A stretch of 64,000 bases of DNA from a virus: positions 20,946-84,945 of the IMG/VR virus record IMGVR_UViG_3300020455_000008; one strand, 5' to 3'. The notes under the pieces are model-generated. The model worked only from the letters and a program-made list of their open reading frames with translations. It made no database searches and had not been told where the DNA came from. How positions within the stretch are numbered: position 1 is the stretch's first letter; every line of letters starts with the position of its first letter. Shown here in pieces: positions 54,118 through 64,000 of the stretch. A program made the translations under genes and the position numbers.

Positions 54118-55968
54118 ATGGCGTACAAACGCCCAGACGTTTACATCGAGGAGATTCTTACTCCCGAATTAGCACCACAAGGTGTTTCTACTAGTATTGC
54201 ATCGTTTGTTGGAGCTACCAAGCGTGGGCCAGCTAATAAAGCTATCTTTATCGACTCTTTTGACTCCTTTAAGCGAGTATTTGGTGATACTGCGGTTGAT
54301 GGCGAATCGATGTTTTACAGTGTTCGTACATTCTTTGAGAATGGTGGCTCTGCTTGTTACATTGTGAGAGCTGTAAGTAGTGCTAGATTAGCCCTTCCTA
54401 TTAACCCTGCGAATGATACATTAACCAATGAAGCAAGCGGTAACCTTTTGAAGGTATCTGCTGGTTATCGTGGTGAGAGTAGCTATGGTCTTGAAGGTAA
54501 AAACCTAAGTATCTCTATCTCAGAGATTGGTCAATCTGCTACTAATAAATCTGCAATGGCTGATAGCCAAACTGATGTTGTTGTTAGTAGTCTTAGCGGT
54601 TTTCAAGTTGGTGACATCGTAGTTATTAGTGGTACTATTGGTGGAAGTGCCATAGCTCCTGACTTCTTAAAAATAGAAAGTATGGAAAGTGATATTGTGA
54701 GTGGAAGTATCCAACACAAAATTATATTTACTAGCGGAGTTGCACTCGGAAGCGGAAACACGTTGGCAATTGATGACGGTACTATCACAGTGCTTGCATA
54801 TGACCTTACGGTTAAGAAAAACAACACAGAAGTTGAAAGCTACTCAAGATTATCATTAGATCCTAGCTCTGATAGTTATGTTGAAACAGTTATTAATGAT
54901 GAGCAAACAGGATCTCGTTTCATAAAGGTGGAAGACCTTCTACCTTCTGCCGAAATCTTATCAAACGCTAAACAGGTTGGCGCAAGTGAACTTAGCGCAG
55001 AATCACACAGTTTATCAACAAATGGTGAAACAGAGCTAACTTCGTTCAGTATTGCCACTGACTTAAACTTGGCGCTAAAAGCTTTAGACGCAAAAGATTC
55101 TGTGAATCTTCTTTGTGTACCACCTTCAATCTTATCTAGCGGTATTTTCCCAAGCTCTAGCTTGAATATCACACAAGCTCTTATGCTAGATTATGTGAAG
55201 TACCGTATGGATATGTTCGCTATCTTGGACGCACCTAGTGGTAAGACTGCTGATAGTGTAGGATCGGGTTCTATTGGTGATTACCGAACTCTTAGCTTAG
55301 GTGTTGATTCTTTTTGGGGCGCTTTGTACTACCCACATATTAAAGTGCCAAAGGTACTTGGTAAGACTCAATCAATCACTATCCCACCAAGTGGCGCAAT
55401 TGCAGGTCTTTACAGCCGAGTAGACGCTATTGGTGCGCCTACTGGTGGTGTTGCTTCTGCACCTGCGGGTATTGGAGAGTTTGGACGTTTAGATGGTATT
55501 CTAAATGTAGAAGTAGAAGTAAGCGAAACACAGCATGGTGATCTAAATGTGATGGGTATCAACTGCCTAAGAATCTTAGATAACAGCAATACAGGCGTAT
55601 CGGTTAATGTTTTAGGTGCTCGTACATTGAGCAGTGGCTTAGACTTCCGTTATTTGAATGTTCGCAGAATGATGAACTTCATCGAGAAGCGAGTTAAGAA
55701 CATTGGTGAAGCAAGCCTATTTAGAAACAATGGCCCCGATCTATGGGCAAAGCTAACCTCAGAGATTGAATCTTTCCTCACACAGCGCTTTGAAGCTGGA
55801 GAACTAGCAGGTAACTCTACTTCTGAAGCTTTCTTTGTAAAGATTGATTCATCAAATAATACCGCAGATAACATCCGACAAGGAATTTTAGTAGGAGAGA
55901 TTGGTGTTGCCCTTCTTAGACCTGCTGAATTTATTGTCTTCAAGTTCAGTCAAGTACAAGTAGGATAA
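54118..55968 (+). CDS. Contractile tail sheath protein
   Basis: PDVYIEE, FVGATKRGP, FFENGG, YYP, PPSG, RYLNVRR, PAEFIV. Confidence 0.95.
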   Translation: MAYKRPDVYIEEILTPELAPQGVSTSIASFVGATKRGPANKAIFIDSFDSFKRVFGDTAVDGESMFYSVRTFFENGGSACYIVRAVSSARLALPINPANDTLTNEASGNLLKVSAGYRGESSYGLEGKNLSISISEIGQSATNKSAMADSQTDVVVSSLSGFQVGDIVVISGTIGGSAIAPDFLKIESMESDIVSGSIQHKIIFTSGVALGSGNTLAIDDGTITVLAYDLTVKKNNTEVESYSRLSLDPSSDSYVETVINDEQTGSRFIKVEDLLPSAEILSNAKQVGASELSAESHSLSTNGETELTSFSIATDLNLALKALDAKDSVNLLCVPPSILSSGIFPSSSLNITQALMLDYVKYRMDMFAILDAPSGKTADSVGSGSIGDYRTLSLGVDSFWGALYYPHIKVPKVLGKTQSITIPPSGAIAGLYSRVDAIGAPTGGVASAPAGIGEFGRLDGILNVEVEVSETQHGDLNVMGINCLRILDNSNTGVSVNVLGARTLSSGLDFRYLNVRRMMNFIEKRVKNIGEASLFRNNGPDLWAKLTSEIESFLTQRFEAGELAGNSTSEAFFVKIDSSNNTADNIRQGILVGEIGVALLRPAEFIVFKFSQVQVG

Positions 55969-55979
55969 GGAGATAAGAT

Positions 55980-56468
55980 ATGTTAAATAAAGACGTATAT
56001 AGAGGGTTTAAATTTAACGTTACCATAACTAGTAATACTAATTTTTTTCAAGGTAGAGCTTCTTTTCAAAAAGTGAGTGGTATTCAATCTTCAGTAGAAG
56101 TTGTAGAGTATCGTGAAGGCAATATGGCTGACCGCATGGAAAAAATGGCGGGTATGATGAGTTACGACTCTGTGACTCTTGAGCGTGGCCTTTCTGATGA
56201 TGACGCTTTTAACACTTGGATGAAGACTGTTTGTGATGTAACTAATGGGCCTGCTAGTTCTAACGGAAGCGATAAATCATATCGTTGTGATGTGAAAATT
56301 GAGTTGCTAAACAAGCAAGGACTTGCTGTAAAAACATACACTTTAAAAGACGCTTGGCCGAGTGAGTACACCGTAGGTGACTTTGACGCTACGTCTAATG
56401 ATGTAGTAATTTCTACCTTAGTTTTACAACATCATGGAATCAAAGAAGAGAATATCTCTCAAAACTAA
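55980..56468 (+). CDS. Tail tube protein (T4 gp19-like family)
   Basis: FQKVSG, VEYREG, VTLERG, AWP. Confidence 0.92.
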   Translation: MLNKDVYRGFKFNVTITSNTNFFQGRASFQKVSGIQSSVEVVEYREGNMADRMEKMAGMMSYDSVTLERGLSDDDAFNTWMKTVCDVTNGPASSNGSDKSYRCDVKIELLNKQGLAVKTYTLKDAWPSEYTVGDFDATSNDVVISTLVLQHHGIKEENISQN

Positions 56469-56520
56469 GACATACCCTAGAAATAGTTTTCAAAAACTTT
56501 ATAAAACATAGGACAATAAA

Positions 56521-57348
56521 ATGATTACAGATAATGATAGCGTAGTGCTACCTATTGGACTTGAAATTGATGGAATTCGATACCGCAAAGTCGTGATTGA
56601 CGAAATGACAGGTGTTGATGAGGAGAACCTTTCCTCACGCAAGGTTCGCAATAATGGTGCAAAGGCAATCTCTCTTTTACTCCGAAGGTGTATTCAATCT
56701 ATCGAAGGCGTATTTGAGCAAAAGAGAGATCCTTTGTCTCTTATTGATGAGAAGTATGTCCGTAATATGTATGTGGCAGACAGAGACTTCTTAGTAATGT
56801 CAATTCGTACTCTGAGTGGAGACTCGGAGTTACTTATGAATATAGATTGCCCATCCTGTGGTCAAGAGGTTCACCAGCTTGTAGACCTCAAGGCTTTAGA
56901 CGTATATGAGTGGGATGAGAATGAGCCTGTGGAGCTGACTGTAGATCTTCCAAGAGGGTTCTATAACCAAGAGACTCAGAAGTATGACAAGCGTATTACT
57001 TGGGCTTTCCCGAAAGGAACTTCTCAAGAGAGATTGGCTGCTTTACCTCAGAATGAAATGGGTACGAACTTAATTGCCATTGGTCTACGCTCAGTCGAGG
57101 GGCGTGAGTCTATACCGAGTGCTGATGAGGTACGTAGATTAAGTGTACGAGATCGAAGTGCGCTTGCCGATGAGATTATGGAGAACTCTGTTGGGGTAGA
57201 GACTCAAGTGGAGATCTGTTGTGATTCATGTGGACATGAGTTTAAGACAGAGGTGAACACTGTGGGTTTTTCCAATTTGGGTCAACGAAAGACCCAAAAG
57301 CCCTCAAGAAGTGGGACGAATGGTCGGAGAAAACGCAAAATTCGTTAA
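56521..57348 (+). CDS. Tail assembly chaperone / T4 gp26-like protein
   Basis: EMTGVDEE, DRDFL..IR, two CxxC; between tube and tape measure. Confidence 0.75.
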   Translation: MITDNDSVVLPIGLEIDGIRYRKVVIDEMTGVDEENLSSRKVRNNGAKAISLLLRRCIQSIEGVFEQKRDPLSLIDEKYVRNMYVADRDFLVMSIRTLSGDSELLMNIDCPSCGQEVHQLVDLKALDVYEWDENEPVELTVDLPRGFYNQETQKYDKRITWAFPKGTSQERLAALPQNEMGTNLIAIGLRSVEGRESIPSADEVRRLSVRDRSALADEIMENSVGVETQVEICCDSCGHEFKTEVNTVGFSNLGQRKTQKPSRSGTNGRRKRKIR

Positions 57349-57494
57349 TTCGTACAGTAGTTGCAATCGCAGAGCGTTGGCATTGGTCAAGATGTGATAT
57401 ACTCAGTTTACCCACACGACAAAGGGCTATATACTTAGAGGTATATGAAGAAATAGTAGATAAAGAACGAGAAGCGAGTAGACCTCGGAGGTAG
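57264..57494 (+). CDS. -1 frameshift extension of tail assembly chaperone (slippery GGGTTTT)
   Basis: -1 frame open to TAG 57494 with no ATG: FQFG...IAERWHWSRCDILSLPTRQRAIY. Confidence 0.8.
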   Translation, partial: GFFQFGSTKDPKALKKWDEWSEKTQNSLIRTVVAIAERWHWSRCDILSLPTRQRAIYLEVYEEIVDKEREASRPRR

Positions 57495-57496
57495 TT

Positions 57497-60400
57497 ATGG
57501 CAAATCCACAGCTAACGCAAACGATTAACCTTAAGATACAGGGAACTCGGGAAATCTCGAACGGGATTAGAGGTGTGACTCAAGCGCTAGATAGGATGAC
57601 AGAAGCCTTTAATCGTTCTTCTAGGAATCAAAAACAACACCAAAAACAGACAAAGACGAGTCAGCAAGGGTTATCTAATATTCAGGCTGGCTTAGTTCAG
57701 TTAAGTACTTGGTTGCTGAATACGAATGTAAGGATAAACAATTTATTCGATAACATGACTAGGCGCTTTGTGGAATCGGAGACTGCGGTTAATCAGTTAA
57801 AGATTACTATGGGTTTAGCAGGGGAGTCTCAACGTAATCCAATGTTTGCGGCTAGGTTTGAAGAATTCGAGAGATTCAAGTCTACCATAGATGAACTTGC
57901 TATGACGACTGAGTATACGAAGCGAGAGGTAGCGGACGCATTTACAGCTTTAGTTCAAAGTGGTCGTAGTGGTAAAGAAGCAATGAAGATGTTGCATGGT
58001 ACTTTGCAACTTGCCACAGCTTCGGGCGGTCAGCTTGATTTAGGGCAAGCTGTAAATATTGCTACCTTAACTTTAGGTACTTTGGGGGGTAAGGTAGATG
58101 AGACTCACGACAACTTAAATATGTTATTGAAGACCTCTCAAAAGACTAAGATTGGCTTTAAGGATTTAGAGCAAGTACTTGGTAGTCTAAGGGCAACATA
58201 TACAAGGTTTAGTGAGTCTACAAAAGTAAGTAGAGAAGCAGAGATCATGGCAATGGCTGCTGCGGCTAGGACAATGGGTTTAAGTGCAGCTAACTCTGGT
58301 GAGAAAATAGATCAGTTCTCAAGACAGATATTAAGTCTTGTAGAGGTTGTAGGTAAGTCGGAGCTAAGGACTTTAAAAGGATTAAAGTCCGAAGGTCGGT
58401 TTAGTATGAAGCGGGAGAGATTATTACAATTCTTCGGTGTTGGCACTGATCTCGACAAATTAAACAACGAAATGGATACACAATTTAAAGATGTAACCTT
58501 AGCTAGGGATGAATTTGTCAAAAGACAAATTATGGAGTTTGATCAACAAGATCAGAAATATAAGAAGAGAACTATTTCTAGTTTGATGGAAAAATTAGTA
58601 GATCGGTTTGTAGCTCTACAAAATACTAAAGGGGCGGACGCAGAAGCTATTGCAAAAACTGCTTTTGGTACTGAAGCTGCTTCTTTTATGTTAAAAGCTA
58701 TTCTAAAGTTAGCCGAGGGAACAGAAGGCGGTATTGCAGAAGCAAGTAAAAGATTCTCTGAGTTAGTACAAAATATCTCTAAAAATAACGGAGAGCTTGT
58801 TAAGGCTCAGAATGAGTCTTTAAAGACCTTAGCAAAGCGAATGGAGTTAGTAGAGAGCGCAGAAGACGCTTTAGCGACTACGATCTTCCAGCATGATATA
58901 TATGCTAATGCAGTGTTAGATACTTATAAAGAGATGGTTGGTGCAACTAATCTCTTAATGAAGAACAATGAGTCTTTAGCGTCCTCTGTTTCTTTTATTG
59001 GTCGTACCATGCAAGTACTCACAGGGGTTGGTACTACATTAGGGTTTACTTTAACGGCAATGGCTACCTTCAGTATTGCTCTGAAGTACTCTTTACAAGG
59101 CGCTACAAAAGCGACTAAAGGACTAGGGGGCACATTAAGGGCATTTGGTGAAATGTTTCTTAAACCGACTCTTATTGTTCTTGGGCAAATGATTGGCGGT
59201 ATCGCATTATTGTCTTTGGGTATTGTTGCCTTGATGAGACATTTTTCGGGTGCACAGGGAATAGGCGAGGGTTTCAGTATTGTATTAGAGAAAATAGGTA
59301 ATCGTGCAAAGGCCGCAGGGGGGTTGATTCAGTTAGCATTTTCTAATTTATCCACTGATAAGTCTTTAGTTCAGTTGACTAGTAGATTTTACGAGCTTAG
59401 GGACAGTATAGATGGGCTTAGAAGAAAACAGCTTGATGTGTCACTATGGGCAACTGATAGTAATGAACTTAAAAGAAAGTATGAAGAGCTATCAAAAATA
59501 AATGAGGTATTAGGGAAGTCGGGGCGTAAGGCTTTAGTAGAGTTTGAGCTGGGTGAAGGCGGTCAAGAGACTATTTCTTTCATGGCTAAAGTAGGCGATC
59601 AATTAAAGGCTTTAGCTAATGGGTTATCTATCATAGGAGAAGCTGCGATCCAACCTCTTATGTTTAGTTTAAGTTACATATTTGAGGGGTTAGGTTTATT
59701 CTTTAATTATACCCTAAATCTTTTGCGCTTCTTACTTGGTTGGCTTTTTGTTTTTTCTGACGAAGCCAGTTTTATGACCTCAGTTTTAAAGACTCTCGGC
59801 TATGTGTTAGGCACTATATTATCTGTTTATTTAATGTCTAAAGTATGGGGTTTATTTATTGGAACATTAGGAAGTATCTACAATTTTTTTACACGTCTTG
59901 GTCAAGGTGTAGTCAACTACAATAGTAGTCTACTTAATATGCAAAGACGTACTGATCTCCTTAATGCTAGTAAGCAGCAAGAAATAAGGTTGTTAGACAC
60001 GTTAAAGCTAAAATATTTACAAGCAACAAATCAAGTAGCCAAGCATAGACTTGCGATTAAGAAGTTAGGAAATCAAAGCAGAACCTCATTTCAAGATTTA
60101 AGTATCTCTGTTCAAACTCTAGGAGGTGGTTTCGCCACTTTAGGTGGGGCTGTGAGTTTGCTTGGGTATACATTTGAAAATGAAACGTTTCAAATGTATG
60201 GGAATTGGATAATGATGGCAGGTGGCCTTGTAAGTGTGCTACCCGCTATACTTGGGGCCATCGGTAAGATGATAACAGCTCTGAAATCATTAAGGGAAAT
60301 ATCATTGGTAACTGCCTTAGCTACGCTTAAAATATGGGCCCCGTTTCTTATTGTATTTGGCCTACTAGCTGGGCTTATTTATCTCTTTTCTAATACTAAA

Positions 60401-60757
60401 GCTCCGAAGGTCAAAACACCAAGCCCAGGCTCAAGTGTACCATCATCCACAGAAGATATTTTTGCACTTGATAGAATACAAAGAAAAAATTTAAATATGT
60501 CTACTTATTTAGATCCTGCGCAGCAAAGTCATTATTCTGTACCTAATACTTCTTATATAGACTCTGCTACAGTGCCCTATGCTTCTCCTACTAGTATGAA
60601 TTCGGGTACGACTGTAGTTCATCATTTTCATATAAGAGAACAGAATATTAATGGAGTCCAAAACCCTAAAGATTTTGGTCATCAAATGAAAAGAGAGGCC
60701 CAAAAGAGTTCTAGCCTTGGGTATAGTACGTCAGGCGTAACTGAAAAACCAACATGA
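57497..60757 (+). CDS. Tape measure protein
   Basis: 1086 aa, helical, TTEYTKREVADAF..L..SG, hydrophobic segments. Confidence 0.9.
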   Translation: MANPQLTQTINLKIQGTREISNGIRGVTQALDRMTEAFNRSSRNQKQHQKQTKTSQQGLSNIQAGLVQLSTWLLNTNVRINNLFDNMTRRFVESETAVNQLKITMGLAGESQRNPMFAARFEEFERFKSTIDELAMTTEYTKREVADAFTALVQSGRSGKEAMKMLHGTLQLATASGGQLDLGQAVNIATLTLGTLGGKVDETHDNLNMLLKTSQKTKIGFKDLEQVLGSLRATYTRFSESTKVSREAEIMAMAAAARTMGLSAANSGEKIDQFSRQILSLVEVVGKSELRTLKGLKSEGRFSMKRERLLQFFGVGTDLDKLNNEMDTQFKDVTLARDEFVKRQIMEFDQQDQKYKKRTISSLMEKLVDRFVALQNTKGADAEAIAKTAFGTEAASFMLKAILKLAEGTEGGIAEASKRFSELVQNISKNNGELVKAQNESLKTLAKRMELVESAEDALATTIFQHDIYANAVLDTYKEMVGATNLLMKNNESLASSVSFIGRTMQVLTGVGTTLGFTLTAMATFSIALKYSLQGATKATKGLGGTLRAFGEMFLKPTLIVLGQMIGGIALLSLGIVALMRHFSGAQGIGEGFSIVLEKIGNRAKAAGGLIQLAFSNLSTDKSLVQLTSRFYELRDSIDGLRRKQLDVSLWATDSNELKRKYEELSKINEVLGKSGRKALVEFELGEGGQETISFMAKVGDQLKALANGLSIIGEAAIQPLMFSLSYIFEGLGLFFNYTLNLLRFLLGWLFVFSDEASFMTSVLKTLGYVLGTILSVYLMSKVWGLFIGTLGSIYNFFTRLGQGVVNYNSSLLNMQRRTDLLNASKQQEIRLLDTLKLKYLQATNQVAKHRLAIKKLGNQSRTSFQDLSISVQTLGGGFATLGGAVSLLGYTFENETFQMYGNWIMMAGGLVSVLPAILGAIGKMITALKSLREISLVTALATLKIWAPFLIVFGLLAGLIYLFSNTKAPKVKTPSPGSSVPSSTEDIFALDRIQRKNLNMSTYLDPAQQSHYSVPNTSYIDSATVPYASPTSMNSGTTVVHHFHIREQNINGVQNPKDFGHQMKREAQKSSSLGYSTSGVTEKPT

Positions 60758-60770
60758 GAGAGGTTAAATA

Positions 60771-61277
60771 ATGTTAAGTGGCACTTTTAAAACAAGTAAA
60801 AAAGGGGCACTCAGCTCCTTTGACCGTTCTGGCCGTAGTCAAACTCTTAAATTTCAGTATAATCCGACTACCATACTTGAGAAGCGGTCTGTGAAGTACC
60901 ATTTTTCTGAAGCTCAAGGTCAAGTATTACCCTTAGCGCAATTTGGTATGATAGAGCCAACAGAGATAGAGTTTGAGCTATTCATGCATGACCACAATGG
61001 ACTTAGATCGAAATTGGTAGAATTAAGAAAACTCACTCTGCCTAAAACCTTATCTCGTCCTCAATATTATCAACAGGTAAGCCCACATAAGTATAACCTT
61101 GAGTTAGGAACTACTATTTATACGGGAGTCATCAATTCTGTTGAGATAAACATATTACAATATCACAAAAAAACTTTTGAACCCATACATTTAACTGCGG
61201 CCATTTCATTTACAGCAATTAGTACATCTATAGATGGAGATGTTACAACCCTAAAAAGTTTGGTGAGCGCACAATGA
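60771..61277 (+). CDS. Tail tube initiator / baseplate-associated protein
   Basis: FQYNPT motif; follows tape measure. Confidence 0.65.
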   Translation: MLSGTFKTSKKGALSSFDRSGRSQTLKFQYNPTTILEKRSVKYHFSEAQGQVLPLAQFGMIEPTEIEFELFMHDHNGLRSKLVELRKLTLPKTLSRPQYYQQVSPHKYNLELGTTIYTGVINSVEINILQYHKKTFEPIHLTAAISFTAISTSIDGDVTTLKSLVSAQ

Positions 61278-61603
61278 GTTTAGTCACAAGAAAAAGTAGA
61301 TACAAAGAGTATGGTTTTGTTGTTCATTATGAGTATAGAGAAGAGTCAAGGTCGATAGAAGCTTCTCCCGAGAGGGAGGTGATTACAACTCTTTTACGCC
61401 CGACTGCCTTTGGGTCTAATTTAGAGCTGATTACTCATACTGTTAAAATGGGAGAGACAGCTCATCATCTTGCTCTGCATTATTACAAAGACGCTCGTTT
61501 GTGGTGGTTTATTGCTGATTACAACCCTTTATTAGACGCTAATAACTACAAAGAAGGCGATCAAGTGCTTATACCGCCTAATACTGAAGTCAACCAGTAC
61601 TAA
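61274..61603 (+). CDS. LysM-like baseplate protein
   Basis: HTVKMGET..LA..YY.D..LWW.IAD.N...G..V.IP. Confidence 0.8.
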   Translation: MSLVTRKSRYKEYGFVVHYEYREESRSIEASPEREVITTLLRPTAFGSNLELITHTVKMGETAHHLALHYYKDARLWWFIADYNPLLDANNYKEGDQVLIPPNTEVNQY

Positions 61604-61612
61604 GGGGGAGCT

Positions 61613-63940
61613 ATGGGCAAAAATATAAAAACTAAAAGTAAAAAAATTCCCGTTGTAAAAAAGACAAAGCCTACAGTACCTAGGCGAAAAAGAGAAAGGG
61701 CCAGTAATAAATATACTCCTACAAAGATTAAAGCTATCGTTAAAAGTGGGCAACTCTTTAACGAGCAATCTATACCTTTTCACTCGATTGTTGGGCATTT
61801 AGATCTTGATCCTTATGTATGGATTACTTTAGCAAAAGATAAAGGCACTGATAGAGAATTTAGTATTACACCACTTAGGTCGGGTCTAAAGAATATTTCA
61901 TTATCGAATGAGACTCAAAAATATCCTAAAGTGGACTTTACTTTATATGTGCCCGACTATCGGTTGGCTAATCAAGAAAACCAAACAGATGACAATTCGG
62001 GTAGAGCAATCACTGAGCTGCACATAGGCGCTAGATTCTATGTAAAGTGGGGGTATGCGAGTAACCATACTCAATGGGGGCCTTTTAGAGTAATGGAGCG
62101 TGATATATCCTTTGAAGAGGGTACAGCTTTACTTCAAGTCACAGGAGTCATGGGTGCTAGATTACTAGCGACCAGTACCGCAGAGGTCTTTTCCAATAGT
62201 AGTAAGGGGACGATTATAGATCAAGTGGCTTCCTTAGTTGATATAACTGTAAATAAACAACGTCTTTTACAAGGCGAAATCGATCAAATCAGCGTTGATA
62301 CAGATGAAAAATTAACAACTAGCGGAAAAAATCTAGGTCAAGGCTTATTTGAGATCACTACTAAACGTGGCATAGAAATGCACTTTGATCCCGAAAGTGA
62401 CATCTTACACTTATCTACTCCTTTTAAGTATGAGCTAGTAAAAAGAGGGCAGAAACCGATAAGGATGACTTATGGGTACCCTACCTCTAATATTGCTAGA
62501 ATAGATGTAGAAACAAAGCACCCTATAAAAAAGGGCGTATCACCTAACTTCGTACAGACAAATGGGCAAAAACCAAGTAGCAACTTTGCGCAAACAGGCG
62601 AAACAATAAGATATGCCGTACAAGGCCGAATACCGTACTTAGATAAAGATAATAAAGAGCAAGAATGGATAATTGGTACGCCTACACACTTAGCATGGGG
62701 TAAATGGATTTTTCCAACACAAGACACAGAAGATGATGGGATTACTGTACTCCCAAATTCTTCTGATAAGGGATATGCACAAGCTATTAAAAATGCAGAG
62801 AAAGTTTGGAAGCCAGAACAAGGGTACAAAGTCTCCGCTACACAAGGTGGTGAAGGTGCAGATGTGTTACGCACAGCTAGTTGGGCATTGCTGATTGAAA
62901 AAGAGTATGAACTACAGCCTAATACTCTTTTTAAAGATAAATTTGTTACTTTCGCAGACTACGTAAAATTGTCTGCAAAAAATGGTTCTAAGACTGTTAC
63001 TGTTATTAAAAATGTTAATCTTAATGAAGATGGGAACATAGAAGTAAGACAGTATCGTGTTATACCAAAACAGCCCTCGGTAACTCCGCCAGCTAAAAAA
63101 GTCGATGACGCTAAACCCGCAACTACTACCGTAGAAACAGTGGCTAATAGTGATCCCGATGTACCCGAGGGTGAAGAGGTTATCGATAAAGTTATACCTA
63201 TAAAAGGTGCTAGTATAAGAACAGATATACTAAACTTTAAAGGCAAAAAGCTAAGGGACAACTATAAAAAACAGCTAAAAGAGTATGAAGAGAAAACACA
63301 ATTTTATAAAGACGTAGCAGCAAGTGAGGAACATTTTACATTTCAAGAAACGATTGTAGGCGACTATACACAAGCTAGTATGATTGATGTTAGAAGAGAT
63401 CCTAGTAAGGCTTCTGATAAGAAGAAAAGTACGGGATCTGCTGATACAGCAAGTACAGATCCTAGTAAGCCACAAACAGGGTTTAAGCCTAAGAGCCAAG
63501 TTAGTGGTGTAGGGCTACCTAATCGTAGAATCACTTTAACCACAGTGACTATTGACTTAAAAGCGGGTGATTGGACTATGCGTGTGGGTACAATTATTGA
63601 GATTGTAGACCTACATAAGAAGATAAATGGTTTTTACTATGTATTTGCAGAGGAACACTCTATAGATACGAATGGTTTTCATACTAAGATTAAGTGTAAG
63701 AAGGCTTCTCAGAGAATGGTAAATCAATATGGGCGTAGAGCCATAGGAGCTTCTGTAATGCCTAATCCTACGAACCCGACTCGCAACCCCATCAACCCTA
63801 TAGATGAAACAAAAGTAGCTGCGGCTGTTCAAGAGGGTATAAAAGTCTTTGACGAAGCCGAAGCCCAAAGAAAAGCCAAAGAAAGTCGTTTGGAGGTGAA
63901 TCAAATGGTTCAACTTGGTGTGGACAGTGTTATACGATAG
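61613..63940 (+). CDS. Baseplate hub / late control D-like protein
   Basis: VKWGY, G..IEI...G.YYV...H.I...GFHT C-terminal pattern; position. Confidence 0.65.
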   Translation: MGKNIKTKSKKIPVVKKTKPTVPRRKRERASNKYTPTKIKAIVKSGQLFNEQSIPFHSIVGHLDLDPYVWITLAKDKGTDREFSITPLRSGLKNISLSNETQKYPKVDFTLYVPDYRLANQENQTDDNSGRAITELHIGARFYVKWGYASNHTQWGPFRVMERDISFEEGTALLQVTGVMGARLLATSTAEVFSNSSKGTIIDQVASLVDITVNKQRLLQGEIDQISVDTDEKLTTSGKNLGQGLFEITTKRGIEMHFDPESDILHLSTPFKYELVKRGQKPIRMTYGYPTSNIARIDVETKHPIKKGVSPNFVQTNGQKPSSNFAQTGETIRYAVQGRIPYLDKDNKEQEWIIGTPTHLAWGKWIFPTQDTEDDGITVLPNSSDKGYAQAIKNAEKVWKPEQGYKVSATQGGEGADVLRTASWALLIEKEYELQPNTLFKDKFVTFADYVKLSAKNGSKTVTVIKNVNLNEDGNIEVRQYRVIPKQPSVTPPAKKVDDAKPATTTVETVANSDPDVPEGEEVIDKVIPIKGASIRTDILNFKGKKLRDNYKKQLKEYEEKTQFYKDVAASEEHFTFQETIVGDYTQASMIDVRRDPSKASDKKKSTGSADTASTDPSKPQTGFKPKSQVSGVGLPNRRITLTTVTIDLKAGDWTMRVGTIIEIVDLHKKINGFYYVFAEEHSIDTNGFHTKIKCKKASQRMVNQYGRRAIGASVMPNPTNPTRNPINPIDETKVAAAVQEGIKVFDEAEAQRKAKESRLEVNQMVQLGVDSVIR

Positions 63941-64000
63941 ATAATAAATTTAGTTTTTAAAGAAAATAGACCCACATGATAGATCAACAAGAGTATGAGC

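Noticed and set aside
54118-63940. Bacterial contractile injection system or tailocin
   Set aside because: Contiguous with terminase, portal, capsid and replication genes, so it is a phage tail.
1-64000. Alternative genetic code, tRNA genes, diversity-generating retroelement, integrase
   Set aside because: Standard-code ORFs tile densely; no cloverleaf, reverse transcriptase or recombinase motifs were recognised by eye (a tRNAscan/HMM run would confirm).

Overview
A 64-kb stretch of a large lytic-looking contractile-tail dsDNA phage (myovirus). No integrase, tRNA, rRNA or CRISPR array was recognised. Order: endolysin; a full replication/recombination module (HTH initiator, DnaC-type loader, DnaB, primase, SSB-like, PolA, SF2 helicase, RecA, resolvase-like, ParB, Cas4-like nuclease, SpoVS); nucleotide metabolism (intein-containing class II RNR, ThyX, PhoH, MazG, two dNK-like proteins); two DNA methyltransferases; a divergently transcribed, motif-rich early/terminal-like region (~32-38 kb); then terminase, portal, head, neck, sheath, tube, chaperone with a -1 frameshift, tape measure and baseplate genes. 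Most unusual: (1) a C5-methyltransferase written in two nearly fully overlapping same-strand frames, with four repeat modules in the second frame; (2) a mirror-symmetric ~6-kb region centred on a GC-only island, with abrupt strand-specific G- or C-depleted tracts ~3 kb out on each side; (3) a coupled metallothionein-like peptide / class III cyclase / 2-TM protein operon lying between two P-loop-defective kinase homologues; (4) a 14-bp palindrome scattered genome-wide, one copy directly upstream of parB. All family calls come from motif recognition by eye, not from database searches.
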